Positions 45,332 through 55,992 of a DNA stretch of 64,000 bases are shown in pieces (position 1 is the stretch's first letter; every line of letters begins with the position of its first letter). Made by a program: the position numbers and the translations under genes. Source of the stretch: Candidatus Bathyarchaeota archaeon (GTDB taxonomy: Archaea > Thermoproteota > Bathyarchaeia > 40CM-2-53-6). A model generated the notes under the pieces. It made no database searches. It had not been told where the DNA came from and saw only the letters and a list, made by a program, of their open reading frames with translations. The stretch is taken from assembly GCA_963733055.1 (NCBI GenBank), contig CAVTBR010000002.1, forward strand, positions 352,001 to 416,000. The letters run 5' to 3'.

Positions 45332-47812
45332 ATGACTGATGAAATAGATACAAAAAAGGCCTCGGTTAGCGAACTCTTTCACAAATTGTCGTCAAGCGAA
45401 AGCGGACTTTCAGTTGCCGAATCAAAAAAGCGAATTCAAGAGTACGGGTTCAATGAGATTCCCGAGAAGAAGACCAATCCATTTCTCAAGTTCTTGAAAT
45501 ATTTCTGGGGACCGATCCCCTGGATGATAGAGGCCGCAGTCATCCTCTCTGCGTATATTCGTCACTGGGAAGATGTCTGGATCATCACGGCGTTGCTGCT
45601 GCTGAATGCTGTGGTCGGGTTTTGGCAGGAGAAGAAAGCAGACAATGCAATAGAGCTTCTGAAGCAGAAGTTGGCCCTGAAAGCGCGGGTTCTCCGCGAC
45701 GGCAACTGGCAAGAAGTGTCCGCACGAGAACTCGTACCAGGCGACGTAATCCGAATTCGTCTCGGCGACATCGTTCCAGCCGACGCTAAGCTAGTGAAGG
45801 GCGATTACCTGCAAGTAGACGAATCCGCCCTGACTGGAGAATCTCTGCCAGTGGAGAAAGCGACCTCAGATGTTACGTATGCCGGTTCGATTGTGCGGCA
45901 GGGAGAAATGGACGCGTTAGTAGCTGCCACGGGCACGAATAGCTACTTTGGCAAGACTGCTAAACTCGTCGAGGGAGCTCAACAGCACAGTCACTTCCAG
46001 AAGGCAGTTATCAAGATTGGAGATTTCCTGATTCTTCTCGCAGTCTCACTGGTCGCAGCTATTTTTCTCGTAGCGCTGTTCCGCCATGAGAGCATACTCA
46101 AGACCCTTCAATTTGCACTCGTCCTCATAGTAGCCGCGATCCCGGTCACGTTGCCAGCGGTCCTAACTGTCACAATGGCCGTGGGGGCAACCGCCCTAGC
46201 CAAGAAGGAAGCGATCGTGAGCAAGCTGGTTGCAATAGAAGAAATGGCTGGCATGGATGTTCTCTGCGCCGACAAGACCGGCACGATAACTAAGAACGAG
46301 CTTTCCGTAGCTGAGGTCAATGCGTTCCACGCATTCACCGAGGACGATGTGCTCGTTTTCGGTTCGCTTGCATCAAGGAAGGAAGATCAAGATCCGATAG
46401 ATAATGCGGTGATAAGCAAGGCGGAGACAACAACAAAGGCCGCCGCACGTCTAGGCTCATTTAAGGTGACTGCCTTTCATCCGTTCGACCCCGTGGCAAA
46501 GCGCACAGAAGCCACCGTTGAGGACCCGAAAGGGAACGAATTCAAGGTCTCAAAAGGCGCTCCCCAAGTCATCGTGTCGCTGGTAGCCAACAAAGAGGCG
46601 GTTGAGGCTACGGTCGACGAGAAGGTCAATTCATTTGCGAAAAAGGGCTATCGAGCTCTAGGCGTGGCTCGAACTGATTCCAAAGGAAGCTGGCAATTTG
46701 CGGGCTTAATTCCACTTTACGACCCTCCCAGGGATGACTCCGCTGCCACAATCCGAACGGCTCAATCCATGGGCGTGCGCGTCAAAATGGTCACGGGAGA
46801 CCATCTAGCGATAGCGAAGGAAATCGCGTCTGAGATGAAGTTGGGAAATAACATTGTTCTAGCCTCAGCCTTCGTCGATAAACCAGACAGAGAGGCGGAG
46901 CGAGCTGTTGAGAACGCTGACGGCTTCGCACAGGTCTTCCCGGAACACAAGTACCACATCGTCGAGCTATTACAGCACAAGGGTCACATCGTTGGAATGA
47001 CGGGGGACGGCGTGAACGACGCCCCGGCTCTTAAGGAGGCTGACTGCGGAATCGCAGTTGCAGGCGCAACCGACGCTGCGAAGTCTGCCGCAGACATCGT
47101 CCTCACCAGACCAGGCCTATCAGTGATTATTGACGCCATCAAGGAGAGCAGGAAAATCTTCCAGAGGATGGACAACTACTCCATCTATCGTATTACAGAG
47201 ACAATTCGCGTGCTATTCTTCATCACACTATCCATTATCGCATTCGGCTTCTACCCGGTCACAGCACTGATGATAGTTCTGTTAGCCTTACTGAACGATG
47301 CTCCAATTATGACAATTGCATATGACAACGTACGATACTCTAACGAGCCGGAAAAATGGGATATGAGGCGCACGTTGGGGATAGCCGCTTTTCTTGGGTC
47401 CATTGGAGTAGTCTCCTCCTTTCTGATCCTATACATCGGCCTACGAGTATTCCTACTTACCCCCGCAGTTCTCCAATCGTTTATCTACTTGAAACTCTCC
47501 GTGGCGGGCCACTTGACCGTGTTCGTTGCTCGCACAAAGAAATCATTTTGGTCAATCAAGCCTTCAATCCAATTATTCTTGGCGGTTGTTGTGACGCAGA
47601 CTATTGCAACAATCATCACCGTATACGGCATCCTACTGCCCGCAATGGGTTGGGGACTCGCCATATTCATCTGGGCGTATGCATTGATTGCATTTGTGAT
47701 AACCGACTTCCTGAAACTCCTAGGATACCGTTTACTGAACCACAGAGGATTGAAATTCAGTCTTCAGCCCAAGTCAGCACTACAACGCATGCAACAGCCC
47801 ATAACAAAGTGA
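45332..47812 (+). CDS. P3A-type plasma-membrane H+-exporting P-type ATPase
   Basis: FWGPIPWMIE, TGES, IPV.LP, DKTGT, KGAPQ, DPPR, GDGVNDAPALK, LLND (proton-acceptor Asp). Confidence 0.95.
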   Translation: MTDEIDTKKASVSELFHKLSSSESGLSVAESKKRIQEYGFNEIPEKKTNPFLKFLKYFWGPIPWMIEAAVILSAYIRHWEDVWIITALLLLNAVVGFWQEKKADNAIELLKQKLALKARVLRDGNWQEVSARELVPGDVIRIRLGDIVPADAKLVKGDYLQVDESALTGESLPVEKATSDVTYAGSIVRQGEMDALVAATGTNSYFGKTAKLVEGAQQHSHFQKAVIKIGDFLILLAVSLVAAIFLVALFRHESILKTLQFALVLIVAAIPVTLPAVLTVTMAVGATALAKKEAIVSKLVAIEEMAGMDVLCADKTGTITKNELSVAEVNAFHAFTEDDVLVFGSLASRKEDQDPIDNAVISKAETTTKAAARLGSFKVTAFHPFDPVAKRTEATVEDPKGNEFKVSKGAPQVIVSLVANKEAVEATVDEKVNSFAKKGYRALGVARTDSKGSWQFAGLIPLYDPPRDDSAATIRTAQSMGVRVKMVTGDHLAIAKEIASEMKLGNNIVLASAFVDKPDREAERAVENADGFAQVFPEHKYHIVELLQHKGHIVGMTGDGVNDAPALKEADCGIAVAGATDAAKSAADIVLTRPGLSVIIDAIKESRKIFQRMDNYSIYRITETIRVLFFITLSIIAFGFYPVTALMIVLLALLNDAPIMTIAYDNVRYSNEPEKWDMRRTLGIAAFLGSIGVVSSFLILYIGLRVFLLTPAVLQSFIYLKLSVAGHLTVFVARTKKSFWSIKPSIQLFLAVVVTQTIATIITVYGILLPAMGWGLAIFIWAYALIAFVITDFLKLLGYRLLNHRGLKFSLQPKSALQRMQQPITK

Positions 47813-48174
47813 ACTTAAATGTCTAGGAAAATGGAATGGTTAAAGAAATAACTGGATTCGATAGGAGTCTCGACTGTTGCCAATGAGTCCGGATGGGATC
47901 GAATCGTTAGGCTTGAAGGAACCTCTTGACAGGAGGAAGGTAGTGGATTACATGCAGGAGTTCAAGATCACGTCATACTGGAGGGAAGATGAGGGTTTAG
48001 GGGCCTAAGTTTCCGGCCTCATATCGGTTGAAAGGCAGGCCAGAGGTTTCAGGAAACCCTGCACCTGTACAGCAGAGAAGAAGTGGAGCGCCTCAGCGCT
48101 GAATTGATGTCACAAGCTGTTCCGAGAGACCGACCTGAAAAGGATAGGTAGCCTTTTCTTTCTACACGGTTATC

Positions 48175-48543
48175 GTGAAACGCATGGCAATCGATCGGCA
48201 TCTCCTCAAACGCATTTTGGAACATTACAAGCACTGGCTTGACGGATTCCTCCAAGACGAAAAGATAAAACCGATCGCCAACGGACACATAGCTGATCTA
48301 AAGCGAGAAGTCGACGCTTCTCTAGTCGCGTTAACGTCGCTTGAAACCGACCTCGACACCGAAACTAAGAATTGGGTACATGTTCACACAAAAATCCTGA
48401 AACCCGCAGTTACACAGTACGAGAATGACGCCAAGCAATTATTGGAACTAGCGCGCGACAAGTTGTCTGGACCTAATCTTCACGAATTGGAGATTGAATT
48501 GGCCAGAATAGCCGCTGAAATAGCCACATTGATGAATCTCTAA
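48175..48543 (+). CDS. Hypothetical helical protein
   Basis: ORF with amphipathic helical pattern. Confidence 0.6.
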   Translation: MKRMAIDRHLLKRILEHYKHWLDGFLQDEKIKPIANGHIADLKREVDASLVALTSLETDLDTETKNWVHVHTKILKPAVTQYENDAKQLLELARDKLSGPNLHELEIELARIAAEIATLMNL

Positions 48544-48879
48544 GCCTGCTATGGTCCGTGTTAGAATGTTCCGGAATTGCTGAGGACTGAGTCGCAATAG
48601 AACCATCGCAAGAAGGAGAAGGAAAGAAATTCGCGCCAAGTTGCGGCGATCCTCATCCTAGCATGGCTGGCGGCAATGATGTTGGGCTACATAAACGGTA
48701 GATTCATTTCAGCTGCACTAGTAGTGCTTGTCCTTCTAGCCCTGATATTCGCAATGTGGGCACTCTTGAAACTCAACCCCCGGAAGGCAAAACAGCGCAA
48801 ATAGGTTACGTCCAACCCAGCGAGACGACATCTCTTCGAGCGCCAAACCGGGTATAAACAATATCTGTCTCCACGGTCT

Positions 48880-50706
48880 TTGAGCAAGCAATCGGGCCTG
48901 GGAGTCGATGAAATGGCGAAGCGACTAGGAGGATTTGATGCCCGAACTGGTTTTCTTTATCTACGAAAGTGGACCGTAGTTGCAATTGCCACCGGCATAG
49001 TCGCTGGCATTGGAGCATTAGCTCTAATTCAGGGCATTGACTTCTTCACGAAACTATTCCTCGTGGGAATAGTGGGATATGCACCGCCGTTACCCGGCGG
49101 CGAGTCAGCAGCGCGCCTAACAACCATAGTCATCGCGCGCCCCTGGTTAATCCCAGTCTCAACCGGTCTCGGAGGACTGGTCAGTGGCCTAATAGTTGCA
49201 AGGCTTGCACCCGAAGCCAAAGGTGTTGGAACTGATGCCGCAATAGGCGAATTTCACAAAGGTCACGCCCTTATTCGGACTCGCGTACCACTCGTTAAAC
49301 TCCTCACCTCAGCCATCACGATAGGGTCAGGGGGGACCTCCGGACGTGAAGGGCCCATTGCTCAGATAGGCGCTGGTCTAGGTACGCAGATTGCAAAGGC
49401 ATTCAAGCTTACAGAGCGAGAGAGGAGAATCGCTCTTGCTGCAGGGCTCGGAGCGGGTATTGCTGCAATCTTCAAAGCTCCCTTGGCTGGGGCGATTCTG
49501 AGTGGTGAGATATTCTACAGACACGATTTTGAAGCCGAAGCCATGATTCCAGGATTCATAGCCTCAACAGTCAGCTACACAATCGTAGGCTTCGTGACAG
49601 GATGGCAACCAATCTTCAGTACCGGAATCACCCCAGTAGCATTCACACATCCAGAAGCACTACTCCTCTATGGAGTGCTAGGAGTCGTATGCGCTGCGTT
49701 CGCGCACTTGCTCTTCAAAATCTACTTCACGGTTCACGACATCTTTGAGAAGATTCGAATACCCATGTTTACCAAGCCTGCGATTGGCGGGCTATTAGCA
49801 GGCGTCATAGGCATTTACGTTCCTTCCGTTCTGGGCGTAGGTTATGGTTGGGCTCAGCTTGCGCTTAATCAGAACTACCAAGTGTTACCCCCGACGATAA
49901 TGATACTAGCTATTTTCGCTGAGATATTTGCTATGTCGTTTACGTTGGGTTCAGGTGGTAGTGGAGGATTATTTGGTCCCTGTGTTGTTACGGGAACGAT
50001 GATTGGTGGCGCTTTCGGCTACTATGCGCATCTAGCGTTTCCTGCAACTGTGACGAATCCGTCGAACTTTGCCATTGTTGGGATGATGGCTTTCTTCGGT
50101 GGTGCTGCGAAGTCGCCCTTGGCAGTGATCGTAATGATAGCAGAGATGACTGGGGGCTATGGTTTGCTCGCGCCGTCGATGATCGCTGTGGTTGTTGCAT
50201 ACTTACTCACTGGAAACTTGAGCATATTCTACAATCAGGTGGACAGTGTTGAAGAATCTCCTGCACACATTGAGGAGTATGAGACGTTAGCCCTGAAGAG
50301 GATTATGGTCGCTGACATTATGACAAGAAACGTCGTATCGGTAAAGCCAACTCTCAGCGTTCAAGTAGCTCTAGACTTGATGGAGGCGAATCTTGTAGGC
50401 GGCTTGCCAGTGGTATCGAATGACAAATTGTCGGGGATGGTTACAAAGACCGACATACTGAAGGTTGAAACTTCAAAACGCGCAGAAACAGCCGTTAAGG
50501 ATGTCATGACAGTGCAGTTATTGGTCGCGTCGCCTGAAGAAGACCTGTTTTTGGCTTTAACGAGAATGATGAATAGAGGCGTAGGCAGACTTCCAGTCGT
50601 TCCGAACGACAACCCAGAGGCAATGATCGGCATAATCACACGCACCGACATTGCAAAGGCAATCGAAAAACACCGTCTCACCCAATCCTCTAAGAGCAAT
50701 GAGTGA
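48880..50706 (+). CDS. ClC chloride channel/H+ antiporter with CBS pair
   Basis: GxGTD, GREGP, GGLFGP, EMTG motifs; tandem CBS domains. Confidence 0.94.
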   Translation: MSKQSGLGVDEMAKRLGGFDARTGFLYLRKWTVVAIATGIVAGIGALALIQGIDFFTKLFLVGIVGYAPPLPGGESAARLTTIVIARPWLIPVSTGLGGLVSGLIVARLAPEAKGVGTDAAIGEFHKGHALIRTRVPLVKLLTSAITIGSGGTSGREGPIAQIGAGLGTQIAKAFKLTERERRIALAAGLGAGIAAIFKAPLAGAILSGEIFYRHDFEAEAMIPGFIASTVSYTIVGFVTGWQPIFSTGITPVAFTHPEALLLYGVLGVVCAAFAHLLFKIYFTVHDIFEKIRIPMFTKPAIGGLLAGVIGIYVPSVLGVGYGWAQLALNQNYQVLPPTIMILAIFAEIFAMSFTLGSGGSGGLFGPCVVTGTMIGGAFGYYAHLAFPATVTNPSNFAIVGMMAFFGGAAKSPLAVIVMIAEMTGGYGLLAPSMIAVVVAYLLTGNLSIFYNQVDSVEESPAHIEEYETLALKRIMVADIMTRNVVSVKPTLSVQVALDLMEANLVGGLPVVSNDKLSGMVTKTDILKVETSKRAETAVKDVMTVQLLVASPEEDLFLALTRMMNRGVGRLPVVPNDNPEAMIGIITRTDIAKAIEKHRLTQSSKSNE

Positions 50707-50848
50707 GGAAGAACAATCGGATGAGCTTGTTGCCTAGAACGAGACGGGTTGAACAGGTTCGGAGGAATAGATAGCATATAGCCTTCACATACCAGAAAAG
50801 AGAGAAAAGTAAAGAGTAAGATGAACTTGTGCGGCGTGTTGTTGTGAC

Positions 50849-52054
50849 ATGCCCATCGCCACGTCTCCAATGACCCTAATGTTGCTTGTGATTGTGCTGT
50901 CTTTTGTGGCAGCTATCATAAGCTCCAAACTAAGGGCATCTTACACGACAGTCATAGTTGCTATCGGTCTTATCCTCTCTCTTCTCAGGCTGGAGGTCGG
51001 GTTCAGTAGCATATCCATCGACAGCAATCTGATACTCGGAATTGTTGTTCCTCCCCTGATATTTGAAGCAGCTATGCGAACTCGCTTTGAAGTTTTCAGA
51101 ACTGTTCAGAAGACAGTCATAGGTTTAGCGATATTCGGCGTTGTGATTTCCGCTTTCGTTAGCGCCTTTGTTCTCCACGTCACCTTAGGGCTACCTCTGG
51201 CAGTTGCACTCCTGTTTGGGGTCATTGTCTCGCCTACCGACCCAGTGACTGTCGTGAGTATCTTGAAGAGAGTGCAGGTGCCGGAGAGGCTGACGACGAT
51301 TCTGGAATCGGAAGCGTATCTCAATAATGCTACACCGGTCATTCTATTTCCTCTCGCTCTTTCCTTATCCTTCAACCCCATGCAGAGCCTAAGCCACTTT
51401 GCCGTCATCTTGTTGGGAGGAGTTGCGGTCGGCCTGCTTGTCTCGGGCGTTGCTGAACTGTTGCACAAGTTAATCACCGAACCGTTGGCCGAGACATCCT
51501 TCACGATAGCCGTCATGTATGGTTCCTACATCCTCGCAGAGAGTTTGGGTGTGTCGGGGTTGATGGCAGTACCGATCGCTGGCCTCTACATGGGTAACCG
51601 GACCATGCGAACCGCCATGTCTGAAGAAACTCGGGTAACCATGACGAAGTTTTGGGAAGTGGTGACTTTTCTCGCTACGTCATTCGCGTTTCTACTTATC
51701 GGGCTGAAGACGGACTTCAGCCTCCTCGTTGCTTATGCTCCGTTCATAATCGTGGCTTTTGCAGCGATACTCGTTGCTAGAATTCTTAGCGTCTATCCGA
51801 TCCTGTGGTTAGCGCAGTTGCTCGGAGAGAAGATTCCTAGTTCATGGAAGAAGATAGTGGCCTTCGCAGGTCTGCGAGGAGCGGTCTCAGTTGCTCTGGT
51901 TCTGGCGTTGCCCCAAAGCAGTTCAGGAGGCATTATAACGGCGATGATATTCGGCGTGGCCCTTATCTCACTGATTATTCAAGCAGAAATTCTGCAAGCT
52001 TACATCAAGAATGAATTGGTAAAGTTGAGTCTAAACCCTGATGCAGCGCAATAG
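50849..52054 (+). CDS. nhaP: CPA1 (NhaP-type) cation/H+ antiporter
   Basis: PPLIFEAA, PTDPV, ESE..LNN, GLRGAVS. Confidence 0.9.
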   Translation: MPIATSPMTLMLLVIVLSFVAAIISSKLRASYTTVIVAIGLILSLLRLEVGFSSISIDSNLILGIVVPPLIFEAAMRTRFEVFRTVQKTVIGLAIFGVVISAFVSAFVLHVTLGLPLAVALLFGVIVSPTDPVTVVSILKRVQVPERLTTILESEAYLNNATPVILFPLALSLSFNPMQSLSHFAVILLGGVAVGLLVSGVAELLHKLITEPLAETSFTIAVMYGSYILAESLGVSGLMAVPIAGLYMGNRTMRTAMSEETRVTMTKFWEVVTFLATSFAFLLIGLKTDFSLLVAYAPFIIVAFAAILVARILSVYPILWLAQLLGEKIPSSWKKIVAFAGLRGAVSVALVLALPQSSSGGIITAMIFGVALISLIIQAEILQAYIKNELVKLSLNPDAAQ

Positions 52055-52061
52055 ACGACCC

Positions 52062-52237
52062 ACGGCAAATTAGTGGGGGTGGTTACTAAGACCGACATAT
52101 TGAAAGTTGAACCTTCCAAGCGTGCAGAGAAAATAGTTGACGAAATCATGACAAGACAATTGGTCTTTGCATACCCGGAGGAAGACCAGTTTTCAGCATT
52201 AACGAGAATGATGGCGAGAGGAGTTAGCAGACTGCCA
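52062..52237 (+). pseudogene. Fragment of a second ClC-CBS C-terminus
   Basis: GVVTKTDILKVEPSKRAE...PEEDQFSALTRMM..GV.RLP parallels the end of 48880..50706. Confidence 0.85.
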
Positions 52238-52820
52238 GACCGACCAGCAGACCGCCTCCGAGAGTGTACACGAATAAGGCCGCGCTCTGCAATGGATTGA
52301 ATGAAAGCGAAATTGCGATAGGGTACAGGACGACCGCGGTTGCGTCGTTGAAATATCCCTTCAGAATCGTGGTCAGTCGCTCTGGTGCTTTGGTTCGCTT
52401 CAGCACGTTAACTATAGAGACGGGGTTGGTTGGCGCGACGATAACCCCGAACGTCAAAGCTACCGCCCCATACAATGCCGAGGCAATATTGAGTAGTAGA
52501 CCCCTTAGCAGGGCAGAGATCATAACCCCGAAAATCGCAAGAGACGGTACGGTCTTCCTTACCGTTCTAAGCATCTCGTAGGTGGTACGCATTGCAACCT
52601 CAAAGATGAGCGGCGGTACGATTAGACCGAGGATCATGCTTCTGTCAAGCGGTAGGAGGCTCAACCCGCCGGCCAATTTCAGAAATGATAGAGCTAAGCC
52701 GAGGACATCATTACCGTGGTGTAAGAGATTCTCAGCTTCTCACTCAAGATCGCTCCGACGAAAGATATGGAGAAAGATCAGCCAAGATTGTCACAGCATA
52801 GGCTTCGACCGCGGCCTCAA
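52238..52820 (-). pseudogene. Degraded N-terminal half of a second NhaP paralogue, inverted
   Basis: ILGLIVPPLIFE..MRT...PTNPV...PERLTTIL...SLSFNP parallels 50849..52054; frameshifts upstream of 52676. Confidence 0.85.
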
Positions 52821-52837
52821 TATAGGACCATCATGGG

Positions 52838-53971
52838 CTACTTTGGTGGATCATCTACACGAGGCTTCGGTTCGCGGCCGTCTGATTGGGGTCGGTTCAC
52901 GCCCTCTTTGACTGTTGATGTAGAGTCACGAATAGCTACATGTTGTGGGGATAGAATTTCGACCCCTGCTTCCCTAAAGGTATCCAGAATTTCTTGCATA
53001 AGTTTCGAATAAGTCGTTATGAGTTCGTTGGGTTTGTCAGTATACGCATTGATTTCGTAGGCTACGAAGTTATTATCTAGGTTTCTGATTAACACAAACG
53101 GTTCTGGTACCGCCAGTAGGTCCGGTGCTGAATGAGCTGCTTTAATGAGCAGTTTCTCCACCATTGCACGGGGTACGTCATATCCGATTGTGACTTCATA
53201 GTGGACTATTACCTGAGGCATGGCAGAATAGTTCACAATCTTGGTGGATAGAACCTGGGAGTTCGGTACGTGCACTAGTTCGTTCTTGATGGTTCGGATG
53301 CGCGTGAACATTACGTCTACTTCTACGATGTCGCCATAAACTCCTCCCGCCTCAACGCGGTCGCCTTCCTTGTAGGGGCGCCAAGACATGACCACGATGC
53401 CTGCTAGAGCGTTTCCTATCGAGCCACTAGCGGAGAACGATACGGCCAGGCCTATGAAAACAGTGAACAGCGTTACGAGAGTGCTAGCAAGAGTCTGTAG
53501 CCCAGCCATGACTAATACGTTCGTCAGAAGCAGCACCGCAACTATGGCGTACACCAAATAGCGCACGACATTCTCGAAGAGGTCCATAGTAAGCGGATGC
53601 AACTTTGAATGACGACGGTATTCGACAAACGCTATTCCGAATATCCTGATCGCCACATAGCCTCCTACGATGATGACGGACATCACAGCGAGCCTCCCGG
53701 CGTTTTGAGTCAAGAACGACGAAATCGCATCAACGATGGCACCCTGGAGGCCGAAGGTGACAGACACCTCGGCAATTACGACGATCGCCGCGACGAGCCA
53801 AACAAGGGCACGGAGGAGTGTACTAACGAACTCCGCTAGGGTCGATGAAACGTTACGTAGGGTAGCTAGCCTTCGAGTCATTCTAACAATGACGCACACC
53901 GCGAGTTTCGCAAGTACTAGCGTCACTCCCGCGTAGAACATCAACAGTAAATATGCTTCAAGTGCGATCAC
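52838..53971 (-). CDS. mscS: Small-conductance mechanosensitive channel
   Basis: N..AG....RPYKEGD, G.I.E....TRIRT..NELV.VPNS......NYS. Confidence 0.92.
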   Translation of the reverse strand: MIALEAYLLLMFYAGVTLVLAKLAVCVIVRMTRRLATLRNVSSTLAEFVSTLLRALVWLVAAIVVIAEVSVTFGLQGAIVDAISSFLTQNAGRLAVMSVIIVGGYVAIRIFGIAFVEYRRHSKLHPLTMDLFENVVRYLVYAIVAVLLLTNVLVMAGLQTLASTLVTLFTVFIGLAVSFSASGSIGNALAGIVVMSWRPYKEGDRVEAGGVYGDIVEVDVMFTRIRTIKNELVHVPNSQVLSTKIVNYSAMPQVIVHYEVTIGYDVPRAMVEKLLIKAAHSAPDLLAVPEPFVLIRNLDNNFVAYEINAYTDKPNELITTYSKLMQEILDTFREAGVEILSPQHVAIRDSTSTVKEGVNRPQSDGREPKPRVDDPPK

Positions 53972-54582
53972 GCCTGCACACCGACAATTATTGTGTGAGC
54001 ATGTTAGGAACTATCGCGATGATAAAACCCTTAGTCATTCATGGGTCGTGGTCAGATTGGCCTCGTGAAGGAACGTAAGCTTAGATAATCTCCTCACAAC
54101 ATATGGCTGGCTAGAATTGCGGTGAAAACATTTGAAATGTCCTACCTGTCCTGGCGCCCTCAACAATCATTGCTGCAGATGCGGTCGCATTATCTCGCCA
54201 GAACGCCAGTTCCTGAGAGTGGGGCCGTTCAGAAGCAAGTTCAGAGACGACACCAGCGAGCATTTGTATTGTGATCCTTGCTACGAGGAAAGAAGCAGAG
54301 AAGCCCAATAAGCTTGGACGGGTGCCTCGTTCGCGCGGCCTGAACGCCACGCAGAAGATCCAACCGAGAATCACAGACTAGATCAGACTTTTCATCTATG
54401 TAAGAGCTTCAGGTTTTCTTCTCGGGTCTGCTTGCCTTGTTGCCGTTCGATGTTCTCCAACCTGCCTTACTGTGCTGTGTGAGCCATCCGTTTAAGTTTT
54501 GATTCGTAGAGTCGCTCCTTCCTCTCGTTGTAGAGCCTATTCTCCTGCAGCATGTTCAGTGCGCCCCACCGCATTTAGTGGT

Positions 54583-54750
54583 TCAGTATAATGATCTGCT
54601 GCACTTGACACACCATTGCGCTGCTATAGGATTTGCAGTGCCGCAACTTGCGCAAGCCTTCATAGTTTGTGTTTGTACAGTTGGATTGAGACCGCAATAC
54701 GGGCAGTTACTCTGTTCTGAGAATTTCCCGCACCTGTTACAGAATGGCAT
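54583..54750 (-). CDS. 55-aa double zinc-ribbon microprotein (below ORF-track cutoff)
   Basis: Own translation MPFCNRCGKFSEQSNCPYCGLNPTVQTQTMKACASCGTANPIAAQWCVKCSRSLY; four CxxC; GTGAGG RBS-like sequence upstream. Confidence 0.8.
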   Translation of the reverse strand: MPFCNRCGKFSEQSNCPYCGLNPTVQTQTMKACASCGTANPIAAQWCVKCSRSLY

Positions 54751-54795
54751 TTGTTGAAAGCCTCACTATCATTCCTCGAGTATAATGGGGATGAA

Positions 54796-55197
54796 TTAGG
54801 TCTGTGATTTTTGGCAGGAGGGACAGAACATGGCACCTGTTTGCATCGGGCTTCCGCAGAACTTGCATTTTGGAACTGCTGACGTTTCATTTGTGGTGGT
54901 CGGTGCTGCTCGCTCAGGAACCTTTTGGATTATTATCGTTGGCGGTGGAGGTGGGGGAATTGGAGCGGGTTCATTTGGCGATATGCACAAGATGAAACCA
55001 GTCACAGCAATCATCCCGCCCAGAAGCTCAAAGATGCTGGCTCGAAGTGGAATTACCCAACCTAGCGGAATCAACCATCTAGACAGATCATCGAGGAATA
55101 AGCTCGATATGTTAGTGATACTGAATCCTAGGTAGAACAAGATGAATCCAGCATAAAGTAACACACTTCCCGTGATGAATTTTCTCAGCGTTGCCAT
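54796..55197 (-). CDS. Two-TM membrane protein with Pro linker and C-terminal Zn ribbon
   Basis: CKFCG...CPSCQ; poly-Pro linker. Confidence 0.8.
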   Translation of the reverse strand: MATLRKFITGSVLLYAGFILFYLGFSITNISSLFLDDLSRWLIPLGWVIPLRASIFELLGGMIAVTGFILCISPNEPAPIPPPPPPTIIIQKVPERAAPTTTNETSAVPKCKFCGSPMQTGAMFCPSCQKSQT

Positions 55198-55580
55198 TCG
55201 CTAAGCACGTTGGGTACTCGGTCCTTGCGGTCGGATAAAAGGGGGCCTTCCTGTTACCGCGGCGAGTATCAGCAGTGGAAGTTCGCCGTACCGCTTTGTG
55301 TGTGTGACTTTATGAAAGATGTTTGTTGCTGATGTTGTACAACCGCAGCAAAGGGTTATCGAGTCAGAAAGCCCTGGGTTTAGTATCAAGCAAGGTCTGA
55401 ACCTCAACCACCACGGTAACGTTTGGGGTGCCGTGATTGGGGATTACTATTGAATCGAAGTAAATCCCTCTCGGTGCAACAATCCCGCTTTGATCCTATC
55501 GTGGTGGTTCATTGTTCACACCGCTCATGCCTGTTGGTCACTTTTGAGGTGCTTAGGTGTGCTCTCGAACCCTCAAAATT

Positions 55581-55608
55581 GAGAGTTCGAATCTCTCCGG
55601 GCCCACCA
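55581..55608 (+). repeat. tRNA 3'-end fragment (att-like; Ile/Val-type acceptor)
   Basis: GAGAG-TTCGAAT-CTCTC T-arm, CGGGCCC, discriminator A, CCA; no 5' half upstream. Confidence 0.8.
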
Positions 55609-55690
55609 CCTTTGGCAACTAAGACTGCGATTGACAATCTTTGCGACCTAATGGAACCCGCATGGACCCCACGATATTGGTTGATTCGTA

Positions 55691-55815
55691 TCCTATTGAC
55701 CCACGGCTGATGCGTTCTATGTTTGCCGAAACGCAGGAAACAGAAACGGCTCAAAATGTGGCACCTGAGAAGTCGCCCCACCGCATTAATACGGTGGGTT
55801 CCTTCCGCCCCACCA
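55691..55815 (+). repeat. ~125-bp diverged repeat, copy 2 (copy 1 at 25176-25303)
   Basis: Same conserved blocks as copy 1; internal hairpin CCCACCG...CGGTGGG. Confidence 0.85.
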
Positions 55816-55992
55816 CACTTTTCATGTAAATCCATAACTTCAGTCTCCGCACCTTGTAAACCACCTCGGTGACATCGGGGACGCCCTCCGAATTCATCGG
55901 GTTATAGAAGCAACTCCAACGAAGCATCCCCAATGGAAGGCCGGAGTAGATGCTACCACCGCCACTTGGCTGCACGAGTTTTGATTCGTCAA

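Noticed and set aside
48600-48804. Short two-TM reading frame (...VAAILILAWLAAMMLG...KQRK*)
   Set aside because: In-frame stop just upstream and no convincing start; possibly a remnant, not supportable as a CDS
55519-55608. Intact intron-containing tRNA (TTTTGAGG...CCTCAAAA stem before the T-arm)
   Set aside because: No GGGCCCG acceptor 5' strand or D-arm upstream and no valid anticodon loop; kept only as a 3' att fragment
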